Of a stretch of DNA of 51,967 nucleotides, positions 15,866 to 25,563 are shown one piece after another (position 1 is the stretch's first letter; each line of letters starts with the position of its first letter). The notes beneath the pieces are model-generated. The model did not search any database. It had not been told where the DNA came from and was given only the letters and a program-made list of their open reading frames with translations. The translations under genes were made by a program, and so were the position numbers. Source of the stretch: Ruminococcus sp. (GTDB lineage Bacteria; Bacillota; Clostridia; Oscillospirales; Ruminococcaceae); contig JAFTAX010000110.1 of the NCBI GenBank assembly GCA_017458445.1, positions 1 to 51,967 of the forward strand, given 5' to 3'.

Positions 15866-17704
15866 GTGAGAGAAAAAATCGAACAGTTGCTGCTTAAAAC
15901 TCAGAAGCCGTCAAGATATATCGGCGGTGAGCATGGCAGCATAATTAAGGATAAATCGAAAATTGATGTAAGGTTTGCATTTTGTTTTCCTGATGTCTAT
16001 GATGTCGGAATGTCACATCTCGGCATGAAGATACTTTACGGACTTAAAAACTCTGTGGAAAACTATTGGTGCGAACGTGTTTTCATGCCTGAAAAGGATT
16101 TTGAAAAGCTGATGCGTGAAAACGATATTCCTCTTTATGCACTTGAAAGCCTTGACCCATTGACCGAATTTGACTTTATCGGGTTCACTTTGCAGTATGA
16201 GCTTTCATATACAAATGTTCTGGCAATGCTTGACCTTGCAGGAATACCTGTCAGGGCTAAGGACAGGCATGATCTGACACCGATTGTTATGGGTGGCGGG
16301 CCGTGTGCCTGCAATCCAGAACCGCTGGCTGATTTCTTTGATTTGTTCATACTCGGTGAAGGCGAAGAGGTAAATCTTGAGGTGCTGTCACTGTATGAAA
16401 AAATGAAGCCAAACAATCCAACAAAGCAGGAGTTTTTGCGTGAGGCTGCAAAGATAGAGGGCGTTTATGTACCGGCATTTTATGATGTGGATTATAACAC
16501 AGACGGCACTGTAAAAGCTATCACACCGAACATTGACTCTGCACCAGCAAAAGTGAAAAAACGCATAATCAAGGATTTTGACAAGGTGTATTATCCTGAC
16601 GGCTTTGTTGTGCCTTTTACAAGCATTGTCCATGACAGAGCAGTTGTGGAGGTGCTGAGGGGCTGTATAAGAGGTTGCAGATTCTGTCAGGCGGGGTTTA
16701 TATACCGACCGTTCCGAGAAAAGAACATCGACACAATAAAGGCTGAAACAAAGTGTATCTGTGAGCAGACAGGCTATGAGGAAGTATCATTATCTTCTCT
16801 CTCGACAAGTGACTATACAAGGATTAACGACCTGCTTGAGAGTCTTGTCGAGTACACTGATGACGAGAGAATTAACTTGTCCTTGCCGTCGTTGAGAGTT
16901 GATAATTTCAGCGAAGAACTGCTTGAGAAAATAAAGTCTGTGCGAAAGAGTGGGCTGACATTTGCACCAGAAGCAGGCACCCAGAAGCTTAGAAACGTAA
17001 TAAATAAAAACGTCACAGAAGATGAAATAATGCACACCTGCAAAATGGCATTTGAGGGTGGATATGCAAACGTCAAGCTTTATTTCATGCTGGGACTTCC
17101 TGAGGAAACAATGGAGGATATTGAGGGCATAGCCAAGCTTGCACAGGACGTTGTTGACCTCTATTATGAAACACCGAAAGAAAAGCGTGGCAGAGGTATA
17201 CAGGTGTCGATATCAACCGCAACATTCGTGCCAAAGCCTTTTACGCCGTTTGAGTTTGAACCGCAGGCGACAAGCAATGAGATAAAAGCAAAGCAACAGC
17301 ACCTTTTTGAATCTATAACCAGCAAGAAAATAAAGTGCAGTTGCCATCAGCAGAACGTGTCAATTCTGGAAGCTGTGCTTGCAAGAGGTGACAGACGACT
17401 TTGTGATGCAATTTATACAGCATGGAAAAAAGGCTGTACGCTTGACGGCTGGGACGAGCATTTCAGGTATGATCTCTGGCTGGAAGCCTTTGACGAGTGC
17501 GGCGTAGATATAAGCTTTTATGCCAACCGCAGACGCAGCTATGACGAGGTTTTGCCATGGTCGCATCTTGATTATCTTGTTTCGCATGAATTTCTTGTCC
17601 GTGAAAATAAGAAAGCACACAACGCCGAAACTACACGCAACTGCAAAGAAGGCTGTTCAGGCTGCGGTGTAAAAAAAGAATGCGGAGGTGTATACTGTGG
17701 CTGA
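15866..17704 (+). CDS. TIGR03960-family B12-binding radical SAM protein
   Basis: KPSRYIGGE, FPDVYDVGMSHLG, GGPCACNPEP, RGCIRGCRFCQAG (CxxxCxxC), TFAPEAG, C-terminal CKEGCSGCG. Confidence 0.92.
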   Translation: MREKIEQLLLKTQKPSRYIGGEHGSIIKDKSKIDVRFAFCFPDVYDVGMSHLGMKILYGLKNSVENYWCERVFMPEKDFEKLMRENDIPLYALESLDPLTEFDFIGFTLQYELSYTNVLAMLDLAGIPVRAKDRHDLTPIVMGGGPCACNPEPLADFFDLFILGEGEEVNLEVLSLYEKMKPNNPTKQEFLREAAKIEGVYVPAFYDVDYNTDGTVKAITPNIDSAPAKVKKRIIKDFDKVYYPDGFVVPFTSIVHDRAVVEVLRGCIRGCRFCQAGFIYRPFREKNIDTIKAETKCICEQTGYEEVSLSSLSTSDYTRINDLLESLVEYTDDERINLSLPSLRVDNFSEELLEKIKSVRKSGLTFAPEAGTQKLRNVINKNVTEDEIMHTCKMAFEGGYANVKLYFMLGLPEETMEDIEGIAKLAQDVVDLYYETPKEKRGRGIQVSISTATFVPKPFTPFEFEPQATSNEIKAKQQHLFESITSKKIKCSCHQQNVSILEAVLARGDRRLCDAIYTAWKKGCTLDGWDEHFRYDLWLEAFDECGVDISFYANRRRSYDEVLPWSHLDYLVSHEFLVRENKKAHNAETTRNCKEGCSGCGVKKECGGVYCG

Positions 17705-18401
17705 CTTTTTGGTACCAAAGAACCAGTCGCTTGTGCTGGAGAGATTCGACTACAGGCTGACTTACGGCAAAACTGGCAGGGCAAAATACATCTCACACCT
17801 TGACCTTATGCGTACAATGCAAAGGGTTTTCAAGCGTGCAAAAATTCCAATCTGGTACACGCAGGGATTTAATCCGCATGCTTATCTCAATTTTCCTTTA
17901 GCATTATCTCTCGGCACCGACAGCACCGTTGAAGTGCTTGATGTGGCACTGCTTGAAGAGCATGATTCTGATGAGATAATGACAAGGCTTAATGCGTGTA
18001 TGCCTGAGGGTTTGCATATTTACAAAGTTGCAAAGCCTGTGCTAAAGCACACGGAAATTGCACAGGCTGAATATACAATCAAGTTTAACAGCAATACATC
18101 TGCCGATGAAGCAAAAACAAGATTTGAGCATTTTGCAGGCAGGGATAAGATTGAGATTGAAAAGCGTACAAAGAAAAAGGGCATTAATATCGTTGACATC
18201 AAGCCACACATAAATCTTGTGTCAGCAACTGCATCTGATAATATGACAGTGATTGATATTATCCTGCCTGCAGGCTGTCAGTTTAATCTTAACACATCGC
18301 TTGTTATGGACGCTTTTTGTAAGCTTGAGAGCGTTGAGATTGACAACATTTATACAACTCGTACAAAAATAATGTGCAAAAATGGGGAAGATTTTATCTG
18401 A
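17697..18401 (+). CDS. TIGR03936-family radical SAM-linked protein (DUF2344)
   Basis: KYISHLDLMR, YTQGFNPH, ALSLG, VDIKPHI; GTG start after GGAGGTG overlapping the upstream gene. Confidence 0.9.
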   Translation: MADFLVPKNQSLVLERFDYRLTYGKTGRAKYISHLDLMRTMQRVFKRAKIPIWYTQGFNPHAYLNFPLALSLGTDSTVEVLDVALLEEHDSDEIMTRLNACMPEGLHIYKVAKPVLKHTEIAQAEYTIKFNSNTSADEAKTRFEHFAGRDKIEIEKRTKKKGINIVDIKPHINLVSATASDNMTVIDIILPAGCQFNLNTSLVMDAFCKLESVEIDNIYTTRTKIMCKNGEDFI

Positions 18402-18407
18402 AACCCC

Positions 18408-18436
18408 TTGAAAATGCTGGAATGTTGTGATATAAT
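18408..18436 (+). promoter_or_regulatory. Sigma-A promoter of rplS
   Basis: TTGAAA-17 nt-TATAAT with TG extension. Confidence 0.75.
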
Positions 18437-18524
18437 ATTAAAGCATTTGATTTACCGTCGGCATATTAACCCAATTCCGACGAGAGTTAGTGCCATATCC
18501 TGATGAACATTCGGGACGACATTA

Positions 18525-18590
18525 AAGCGGATAGTCCTCTGACTTTGCGGTGAAAATTACCGCCATAAAGTGAATGAATGTCTGAAAATA
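18525..18590 (+). promoter_or_regulatory. Probable L19 ribosomal protein leader
   Basis: CGGATAGTCCTCTG-hairpin(CTTTGCGGT..ACCGCCATAAAG)-ATGAATGTCTG just before the rplS SD. Confidence 0.6.
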
Positions 18591-18607
18591 AATAGGAGGT
18601 ATTTAAA

Positions 18608-18952
18608 GTGGACGCTTTAAAACTAATTTCAAATTCAAGTTTAAAATCAGGAGTTCCTGTTCTTAACGTTGGTGATACTGTAAGAGTACACGTTAGAATC
18701 AAGGAAGGCGACAAGTCAAGAATCCAGGTTTTTGAAGGAACAATCATTGCTAAGAAGCATGGCGGAATCCATGAAACATTCACAGTTCGTCGTGTTGCAC
18801 ATGGTTGCGGAATCGAAAGAGTATTCCCAGTACATTCACCTGTTGTTGAAAAGGTTGAGATTGTAAGATCTGGACGTGTTCGCCGTGCTAAGCTGTACTA
18901 TCTCCGTAGCAGAGTTGGTAAGGCAGCTAAAGTTAAGGAAGCAATCAGATAA
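18608..18952 (+). CDS. rplS: 50S ribosomal protein L19
   Basis: GDTVRVHVRIKEGDKSRIQVFEG, GRVRRAKLYYLR; GTG start. Confidence 0.98.
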   Translation: MDALKLISNSSLKSGVPVLNVGDTVRVHVRIKEGDKSRIQVFEGTIIAKKHGGIHETFTVRRVAHGCGIERVFPVHSPVVEKVEIVRSGRVRRAKLYYLRSRVGKAAKVKEAIR

Positions 18953-18964
18953 TTTAAACTTTAT

Positions 18965-19000
18965 AAGTCGGTATTCTTTAGAGTACCGACTTTATTTTTT
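18965..19000 (+). terminator. Intrinsic terminator after rplS
   Basis: AAGTCGGTATTC-ttta-GAGTACCGACTT followed by a T-run. Confidence 0.85.
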
Positions 19001-19060
19001 AATACTTTGTAAATTATTGATAAAAGACGGGAAAGTAATGGCTTTTTTGCAGTTTAGCCC

Positions 19061-19089
19061 TTGAAATCTTCTGCAAAATTTGATATAAT
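19061..19089 (+). promoter_or_regulatory. Sigma-A promoter of the lepB operon
   Basis: TTGAAA-17 nt-TATAAT with TG extension. Confidence 0.7.
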
Positions 19090-19153
19090 ATTAATGTTTA
19101 ATTTTGCAGTTTTAAATTTTTGATATATGCTTTATAGAAATCGAGGGAAGATT

Positions 19154-19762
19154 ATGATAGATAATGAGAACAATGTAATTGAAAATAACGAGAGAAGCCT
19201 TGTCGCAAGATTCTTTGACGGCGTTATAGACTGGATTGAGTCGTTCTTTTTTGCAATCTTTATTGTGGTGTTGATTTTTACATTCATACTCAGAACGGTT
19301 GCTGTTAAGGGCGATTCAATGAAGCCTAATTTCCATGATGCCGACAGACTTATTATTTCTCATGTAAACCTGAAACCTGCAAAAGGTGATATACTGGTTA
19401 TGAACTGTGATACACCACAGCTTAGAGAAACAATCATAAAAAGATGTATCGGCACAGCTGGCGATAAGATCAGAATTGACTACAACAACAATACACTCGA
19501 GGTCAACGGCAAGAAAATGTCTAATGAATATCTGGGCGAGGTTATGTATGACAAATCTTCCTTCGACCAGCAGTATTCAGTTGAAAACGGTGTGTATGAA
19601 TACACCGTTCCAAAGGGCAAGATTTTTGTAATGGGTGACAACAGAAACAACTCTGCTGACAGCAGAATGGTCGGCTTTATTGACGTTGACGATGTTCTGG
19701 GCAAGGTTGTTTTCAGAATGTATCCGTTTGACAAAATCGGTGTTATACACTCATTTATCTGA
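19154..19762 (+). CDS. lepB: Signal peptidase I
   Basis: TM helix, GDSMKPN (catalytic Ser), IIKRCIG (catalytic Lys), MGDNRNNSADSR. Confidence 0.96.
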   Translation: MIDNENNVIENNERSLVARFFDGVIDWIESFFFAIFIVVLIFTFILRTVAVKGDSMKPNFHDADRLIISHVNLKPAKGDILVMNCDTPQLRETIIKRCIGTAGDKIRIDYNNNTLEVNGKKMSNEYLGEVMYDKSSFDQQYSVENGVYEYTVPKGKIFVMGDNRNNSADSRMVGFIDVDDVLGKVVFRMYPFDKIGVIHSFI

Positions 19763-19779
19763 CAGCGAAAGGAAAACTT

Positions 19780-20685
19780 ATGAGCGAAGTTTCAAACATA
19801 CAGTGGTTTCCTGGACACATGGCGAAAACTCGCCGTATAATGAAATCAAACCTGAAGCTTGTCGATGTTGTCGTTGAGATAATTGACGCAAGAATTCCAT
19901 ATTCAAGCCGTAATCCCGAGATGGATTATCTCGTTGGCGGAAAGCCGAGATTGATACTGCTCAATAAGGCTGATTCTGCCGATGAAACAATAACGTCAAT
20001 GTGGATTGACTATTTCAAGCGTCAGGGAGTTACTGCACTTGCAACAGACTGTCGCAGCGGTAAAAATGTCAACAAGTTTCACGGAATGTTAAAGGACATT
20101 ATGTCCGATAAGCTCGCTGAGTGGAACGCCAAGGGCATGAAGGGCAGACCGATAAGAATTATGATTGTCGGTATTCCAAATGTCGGCAAATCGTCCTTTA
20201 TAAACAGGCTTGCAGGCTCAAAGCGTGCAAAGGTTGAGGACAGACCAGGCGTTACAAGAGGAAAGCAGTGGGTAAATCTCGAGAGCGATTTAGAGCTTTT
20301 GGATATGCCGGGAGTTTTGTGGCCGAAGTTTGAAGATAAGCTTGTCGGCGAGCATCTTGCTTTTACAGGTGCCGTTAAAGATAACATAATGGACATGGAG
20401 TACTTGGCGTGCAGACTGCTTGAATTTCTCAACGAGCAATATCCTGAGCTTATAACTAAGCGTTATGGTGTTAAAACCGATGACATACCGCCTAATGATG
20501 ACGAAACAATGGGCTGTGTTCAGGGGTATGAGATTCTCGAAAGAATCGGCAGAAAGCGTGGCTTTCTTGTGTCGGGTGGCGAGATTAACACCGAGCGTGC
20601 TGCGATAACGGTTCTTGATGAATTCAGAAGTGGCAAAATCGGCAACTTAAGTCTCGAGAAGCCAAATGACAATAAAGGAGCATAG
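19780..20685 (+). CDS. rbgA: Ribosome biogenesis GTPase RbgA/YlqF
   Basis: IQWFPGHMAK, DARIPYSSRNP, GIPNVGKSS, PGVTRGKQW, LLDMPG. Confidence 0.97.
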   Translation: MSEVSNIQWFPGHMAKTRRIMKSNLKLVDVVVEIIDARIPYSSRNPEMDYLVGGKPRLILLNKADSADETITSMWIDYFKRQGVTALATDCRSGKNVNKFHGMLKDIMSDKLAEWNAKGMKGRPIRIMIVGIPNVGKSSFINRLAGSKRAKVEDRPGVTRGKQWVNLESDLELLDMPGVLWPKFEDKLVGEHLAFTGAVKDNIMDMEYLACRLLEFLNEQYPELITKRYGVKTDDIPPNDDETMGCVQGYEILERIGRKRGFLVSGGEINTERAAITVLDEFRSGKIGNLSLEKPNDNKGA

Positions 20686-20689
20686 AGGA

Positions 20690-21301
20690 ATGACTCTTGC
20701 TGAATTTGATAACGAATACAGAAAAACTTATCCTATAGTCTGCGGAGTCGATGAAGCAGGCAGAGGGCCGCTTGCAGGTGATGTTTATGCAGCAGCAGTT
20801 GTGTTTTCGCCTGATACGGTAATTGAGGGCATTAACGACAGCAAAAAGCTAACTGAGAAAAAGCGTGAAAAGCTTTTTGATGAGATAATAGAAAAAGCAT
20901 TGTATTATTCAATCAAGACTGCAACGGTAGAGGAGATCGAGAGTATAAACATTCTCAATTCTGCTATGCTTGCAATGAAAAGGGCAGTCGAGTCGCTGGG
21001 TGTTAAGCCTGATATCGTGCTTGTTGACGGCAACAAAACGCCTGACATAGATATCCCTGCCCAAAGCGTTGTGGGTGGCGATGCCAAGTCACAGGCTATT
21101 GCGGCAGCATCAATACTTGCAAAAGTTTCAAGGGACAGACGTATGCTTGAACTTGCAGAAGAATATCCGCAGTGGCAGTTTGAAAGACACAAGGGCTATG
21201 GCACAAAGCTTCATTATGAAATGATTGATAAGTTTGGCGAATCACCGATTCACAGACCAAGCTTTTTGAAGAAATATTATGAAAAGAAAAACAAGTCGTG
21301 A
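20690..21301 (+). CDS. rnhB: Ribonuclease HII
   Basis: GVDEAGRGPLAG, NDSKKL, VDGN, IAAASILAKV, HKGYGT. Confidence 0.97.
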   Translation: MTLAEFDNEYRKTYPIVCGVDEAGRGPLAGDVYAAAVVFSPDTVIEGINDSKKLTEKKREKLFDEIIEKALYYSIKTATVEEIESINILNSAMLAMKRAVESLGVKPDIVLVDGNKTPDIDIPAQSVVGGDAKSQAIAAASILAKVSRDRRMLELAEEYPQWQFERHKGYGTKLHYEMIDKFGESPIHRPSFLKKYYEKKNKS

Positions 21302-21653
21302 GATAGGCAATATCGGTGAGGACGCTGTATGTGAGTTTCTGAAAGATAACGGATATGAGATTCTGAATCGTAACTTCACAATCCGTGGCGGCGAGATTGA
21401 TATTGTTGCAAAAAAGAATGACTGTATCGCTTTTGTCGAGGTGAAAACACGAAAGTGTGACGCCTTGCAGACAGGCGAGCAGGCAGTAGATAACGCAAAA
21501 AGACAGCATCTTATTAATGCTGCAAACAGGTTTATGGAAACGCTTGATTATGACTGCAACGGCAGATTTGATGTTGCTGTGGTCGAAATGAAGGAAGATA
21601 AAGTTACTAAAGTAAAGTACTATGTGTCGGCGTTTGACGCAAGTGCTTATTAA
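21279..21653 (+). CDS. yraN: YraN family (UPF0102) putative nuclease
   Basis: IGEDAVCEFL, RNFTIRGGEIDIVA, FVEVKTR, RFDV. Confidence 0.93.
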   Translation: MKRKTSREIGNIGEDAVCEFLKDNGYEILNRNFTIRGGEIDIVAKKNDCIAFVEVKTRKCDALQTGEQAVDNAKRQHLINAANRFMETLDYDCNGRFDVAVVEMKEDKVTKVKYYVSAFDASAY

Positions 21654-21672
21654 GATAAGAAAGGTGAAAAAT

Positions 21673-23163
21673 ATGTATTACAAAAGTACAAGAAACAGCA
21701 GTGTGAACGTATCATCCGCACAGGCTATCGCACAGGGTATCTCAAAGGACGGCGGACTTTTTGTTCCGTCAGAGCTTCCAAAGATTACATCTGATGATAT
21801 CAAGGCTCTTGGAGATATGACCTATGCACAAAGAGCATTTTTCGTGTTCTCAAAGTATCTCACAGATTTTACAGAGGCTGAGATAAAATATTGCGTTGAG
21901 AGTGCATACAACACAAAGAATTTTGATACTGACAATATTGCTGAGCTTGCACATCTTTTTGACGGCACATACATGCTTGAGCTATGGCATGGCCCGACTT
22001 GTGCATTCAAGGATATGGCACTTCAGATTCTGCCTTATCTGCTCACAACTTCAGCAAAGAAGCTTGAGCTTAACAAAAAGATAGTTATTCTTGTTGCAAC
22101 TTCAGGCGACACAGGAAAGGCTGCCCTTGAAGGCTTCAAGGATGTACCTGACACAGAGATTTTAGTCTTCTATCCAGATGACGGCGTGTCTGCAATGCAG
22201 AAAAAGCAGATGACTACACAGGAAGGTCAAAACGTTGGCGTTTGTGCAATCAAGGGCAATTTTGATGATGCACAAAACGGCGTTAAGGCAATCTTCACAA
22301 ATCAGGAAATTGCAGCAGAGCTTGATAAGAACGGCATGATGTTCTCATCAGCAAACTCAATTAACTGGGGCCGTCTTGCACCACAGATTATCTATTATAT
22401 CTCAAGCTACGCACAGCTTGTCAAGGACGGCGAGATTACGCTCGGCGAGAAGATTAACATCGTTGTTCCAACAGGTAATTTCGGTAACATTTTAGCAGGC
22501 TTTTATGCAAAGAAAATGGGTATCCCTGTAAACAAGCTTATCTGTGCATCAAATGCAAACAATGTGCTTACTGAGTTTTTGACAACAGGCGTTTATAACA
22601 AAAACCGTCCGTTCCATACAACAATCTCACCATCAATGGACATTCTCATCTCATCTAACCTTGAAAGACTGCTTTATCATCTCTGCGGAGAAAATGATGC
22701 TCAGATAAGAGAATGGTTTGGTGCGTTGGCAACTGACGGCAAGTATGAAGTCAGCGATGATGTGAAGGCAGTTTTGAAAGACGAATTCTATGCAGGCTGC
22801 TGTGACGATACACAGACAAAAGCTTGCATTAAAGAAATATATGACAAGTATTCATATACCTGCGACACTCATACAGCAGTTGCAGTAAAGGTTTATGAGG
22901 ACTATAAGGCAGCAACAGGCGATGAAACAAAGACTATAATTGCTTCAACTGCGAGTCCATACAAGTTCTCTGGTTCAGTCCTTGATGCTATCGGAATTGA
23001 TACTGACAGTGACGAATTTGAGCTTGTTGAAAAGCTCGCAGAAGCTTCAAAGCTTGCTGTACCTGCATCATTGGCAGAGCTTAAGAATAAGGACATCAGA
23101 TTTAAAGAGATAATTGATAAGACACAAATGAAAGAATATGTGTTTAAATCATTAGGTATCTGA
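21673..23163 (+). CDS. thrC: Threonine synthase
   Basis: YKSTR, DGGLFVP, ELWHGPTCAFKDMAL, ATSGDTG, NSINWGR, VPTGNFGN, TASPYKF. Confidence 0.97.
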   Translation: MYYKSTRNSSVNVSSAQAIAQGISKDGGLFVPSELPKITSDDIKALGDMTYAQRAFFVFSKYLTDFTEAEIKYCVESAYNTKNFDTDNIAELAHLFDGTYMLELWHGPTCAFKDMALQILPYLLTTSAKKLELNKKIVILVATSGDTGKAALEGFKDVPDTEILVFYPDDGVSAMQKKQMTTQEGQNVGVCAIKGNFDDAQNGVKAIFTNQEIAAELDKNGMMFSSANSINWGRLAPQIIYYISSYAQLVKDGEITLGEKINIVVPTGNFGNILAGFYAKKMGIPVNKLICASNANNVLTEFLTTGVYNKNRPFHTTISPSMDILISSNLERLLYHLCGENDAQIREWFGALATDGKYEVSDDVKAVLKDEFYAGCCDDTQTKACIKEIYDKYSYTCDTHTAVAVKVYEDYKAATGDETKTIIASTASPYKFSGSVLDAIGIDTDSDEFELVEKLAEASKLAVPASLAELKNKDIRFKEIIDKTQMKEYVFKSLGI

Positions 23164-23178
23164 TAATAATAACTATGT

Positions 23179-23224
23179 ACCGTCTGGCAGCAATTGGACA
23201 AAGCCTTAACTGTCAGACGGTTAA
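23179..23224. terminator. Hairpin between convergent thrC and the DUF1540 ORF
   Basis: ACCGTCTGGCAG ... CTGTCAGACGGT. Confidence 0.6.
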
Positions 23225-23239
23225 TTCTGTAAAGGCTTT

Positions 23240-23404
23240 TTAGCTTCTTGCTTCAAAAGTCTTACATTCAGTTTCATCACAGCAGCCAGGATCATCGCAG
23301 GTTCTGCAGACATTGATTTTGCCTGCAACACATTCGCATGAATCCTTGTTGTAAACACAATTTGAAACGTCGCAGTTGATACCGTTAATCTTTTCCTTTT
23401 CCAT
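23240..23404 (-). CDS. DUF1540-like small Cys-rich protein (54 aa, missing from the ORF track)
   Basis: MEKEKINGINCDVSNCVYNKDSCECVAGKINVCRTCDDPGCCDETECKTFEARS; strong SD AAAGGAGTGA; CxVxNCxYN...CxAxxI...TxCxTF pattern. Confidence 0.85.
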   Translation of the reverse strand: MEKEKINGINCDVSNCVYNKDSCECVAGKINVCRTCDDPGCCDETECKTFEARS

Positions 23405-23499
23405 TGAATATCACTCCTTTTGCAACAGTGGTTGCATAAGTATTATGTGTATTAATTGCGTGAATAATTATGGAAAGTTTAACCATAGGAGGTGGAGCA

Positions 23500-24210
23500 T
23501 TGTCACTGTTTGTTATGGCAGATTTGCACCTGTCGCTGTCGGTTGACAAACCAATGGATATATTTTCAGGCTGGCAGGATTATGTCAGCAAAATTGAAGA
23601 GAATTGGCAGAAAAAAGTAAAGCCTGAGGACACAGTCGTTATCCCGGGCGATATATCATGGGCGATGGGACTTGAGCAGTCGTTGCCTGATTTTGAGTTT
23701 CTTGATAAGCTGAACGGCAAAAAGATAATCATGAAAGGCAATCATGATTACTGGTGGAACACAAAAAGCAAAATGGAACAGTTCTTTGCTGACCACGGAT
23801 TCTCAACGATAAACATATTACATAATAATCATTATGAGTACGAGGGCGTTGGAATATGCGGTTCAAGAGGCTGGATAAATGAAACTTCCGAGCCTGCCGA
23901 CAAGAAAGTTCTTGCAAGAGAAGCGGGCAGACTGACAATGTCTATTGAGTCTGCACTGAAAGCAGGTCTTAAGCCTGTTGCGTTTTTGCATTATCCGCCA
24001 ATCTATGGCACGAGCTATAATTATGATATGCTTGAAGTGCTTCACAAGTATGACATAAAGTGGTGTTTTTATGGACACATTCATGGCAGCGGTGCGGAAT
24101 ATGCCATAAACGGCTGTCGAGATGGGGTGAATTATCGCCTTATTGCAAGCGATTTTTTGCAATTTGAACCAATGGATATTACTAAAATTGTGCAAAGTGA
24201 CAATTTATAA
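23500..24210 (+). CDS. Calcineurin-like metallophosphoesterase
   Basis: ADLHLS, PGDISW, KGNHDYWW, HYPP, YGHIH; TTG start after GGAGGTG. Confidence 0.92.
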   Translation: MSLFVMADLHLSLSVDKPMDIFSGWQDYVSKIEENWQKKVKPEDTVVIPGDISWAMGLEQSLPDFEFLDKLNGKKIIMKGNHDYWWNTKSKMEQFFADHGFSTINILHNNHYEYEGVGICGSRGWINETSEPADKKVLAREAGRLTMSIESALKAGLKPVAFLHYPPIYGTSYNYDMLEVLHKYDIKWCFYGHIHGSGAEYAINGCRDGVNYRLIASDFLQFEPMDITKIVQSDNL

Positions 24211-24282
24211 AAAAACACTGGAAAAAGTGTTTAATATATGCTATAATAATATGGATTTATATGAAATCGGAGGAATGACAAA

Positions 24283-25563
24283 ATGAGTTTAAAATCATCA
24301 AACAAAGTTGAAACAAATAAGTATGAATTGGAAATAGAGATTTCACCTGAAGCTTTTGAAGAAGCTATTGAAAAAGCTTACCAGAAAGCAAAGAAGAAAA
24401 TCCAGGTGAACGGCTTCCGTAAAGGCAAGGCTCCTCGTAGAATTATCGAGAGAGAATATGGCGAAGCAGTCTTTTATGAGGACGCTATCAATGAACTCTA
24501 TGGACCAGAAGTTGATGCTGCTGTTAAGGAAGCAGGTCTTGAGCTTGTTGCAAGACCTGACGGTGAAGTAACATCGGTTGACAAGGAAAAGGGAGTTAGC
24601 ATCAAAGTTGTCTGCATTGTTAAGCCAGAGGTTGACATTGACGGCTATAAGGGTATAGAAGTAACAAAAGTTGTCAAGGATGTAACTGACGAAGATGTTG
24701 CAAAGGAAGTTGACAAACTCAGAGAAAAGAATATGAGAATTGTTACAGTTGACGACAGAGCTGCTGAGATGGGTGACGATGTTGTAATCGACTTTGAAGG
24801 TTTCAAGGACGATGTTGCATTTGAAGGCGGAAAGGCTGAGGACTTTACACTTTCACTCGGAAGCGGACAGTTTATCCCAGGTTTTGAAGAAGCTGTTGCA
24901 GGTCATAACATCGGCGAAGAATTTGACATCAACGTTACATTCCCTGAGGATTATCAGGCAAAAGAGCTTGCAGGTGCACCTGTTGTATTCAAGATTAAGC
25001 TTAAGAGCATTTCAAAGAAAGAGCTTCCTGAGCTTGACGATGAAATGATTAAGGATTCAACAGAGTTTGACACAGTTGACGAATATAAAGCCGACGTTAA
25101 GAAGAAGCTTCAGGAAGCAGCAGAAAAGGAAGCTGACGCTGATGTTGAGCAGAAGCTTTTAGACGAAGTTATCAGCAAGCTTGAAGCTGAAGTTCCACAG
25201 GAAATGTTTGATAACAGAGCTAATGAGATGATTGCAGAGCTTGAGCAGAGATTAGCTCCACAGGGTATTACTCTTGACACATATCTCCAGTTCTCAGGTC
25301 AGACAATGGATTCGCTCAAAAAGGTCTATGACGAGCAGGCTGAAAAGCAGGTTAAGCTCAGACTCGCACTCGAAAAGATTGCAGAGAAAGATAATATTGA
25401 AGTATCTGATGATGAGATTAATGCTGAGTTTGACAAGCTCGCAGAGCAGTATAAGATGCCTGTTGAGCAGATTAAGATTTACATCAAGGCTGATGACCTT
25501 AAGAAAGATATTGCTGTTGGAAAGGCAGTAGATCTTGTAAAGGATTCAGCAGTTATCAAGTAA
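24283..25563 (+). CDS. tig: Trigger factor
   Basis: GFRKGKAP, FKBP domain GSGQFIPGFEE, VTFPEDY. Confidence 0.98.
   Translation: MSLKSSNKVETNKYELEIEISPEAFEEAIEKAYQKAKKKIQVNGFRKGKAPRRIIEREYGEAVFYEDAINELYGPEVDAAVKEAGLELVARPDGEVTSVDKEKGVSIKVVCIVKPEVDIDGYKGIEVTKVVKDVTDEDVAKEVDKLREKNMRIVTVDDRAAEMGDDVVIDFEGFKDDVAFEGGKAEDFTLSLGSGQFIPGFEEAVAGHNIGEEFDINVTFPEDYQAKELAGAPVVFKIKLKSISKKELPELDDEMIKDSTEFDTVDEYKADVKKKLQEAAEKEADADVEQKLLDEVISKLEAEVPQEMFDNRANEMIAELEQRLAPQGITLDTYLQFSGQTMDSLKKVYDEQAEKQVKLRLALEKIAEKDNIEVSDDEINAEFDKLAEQYKMPVEQIKIYIKADDLKKDIAVGKAVDLVKDSAVIK

Noticed and set aside
24211-24282. Heat-shock operators (CIRCE, CtsR box) before tig-clpP-clpX
   Set aside because: No TTAGCACTC-N9-GAGTGCTAA or GTCAAA-type heptad repeats are visible; there is only a TG-TATAAT promoter and a weak inverted repeat.
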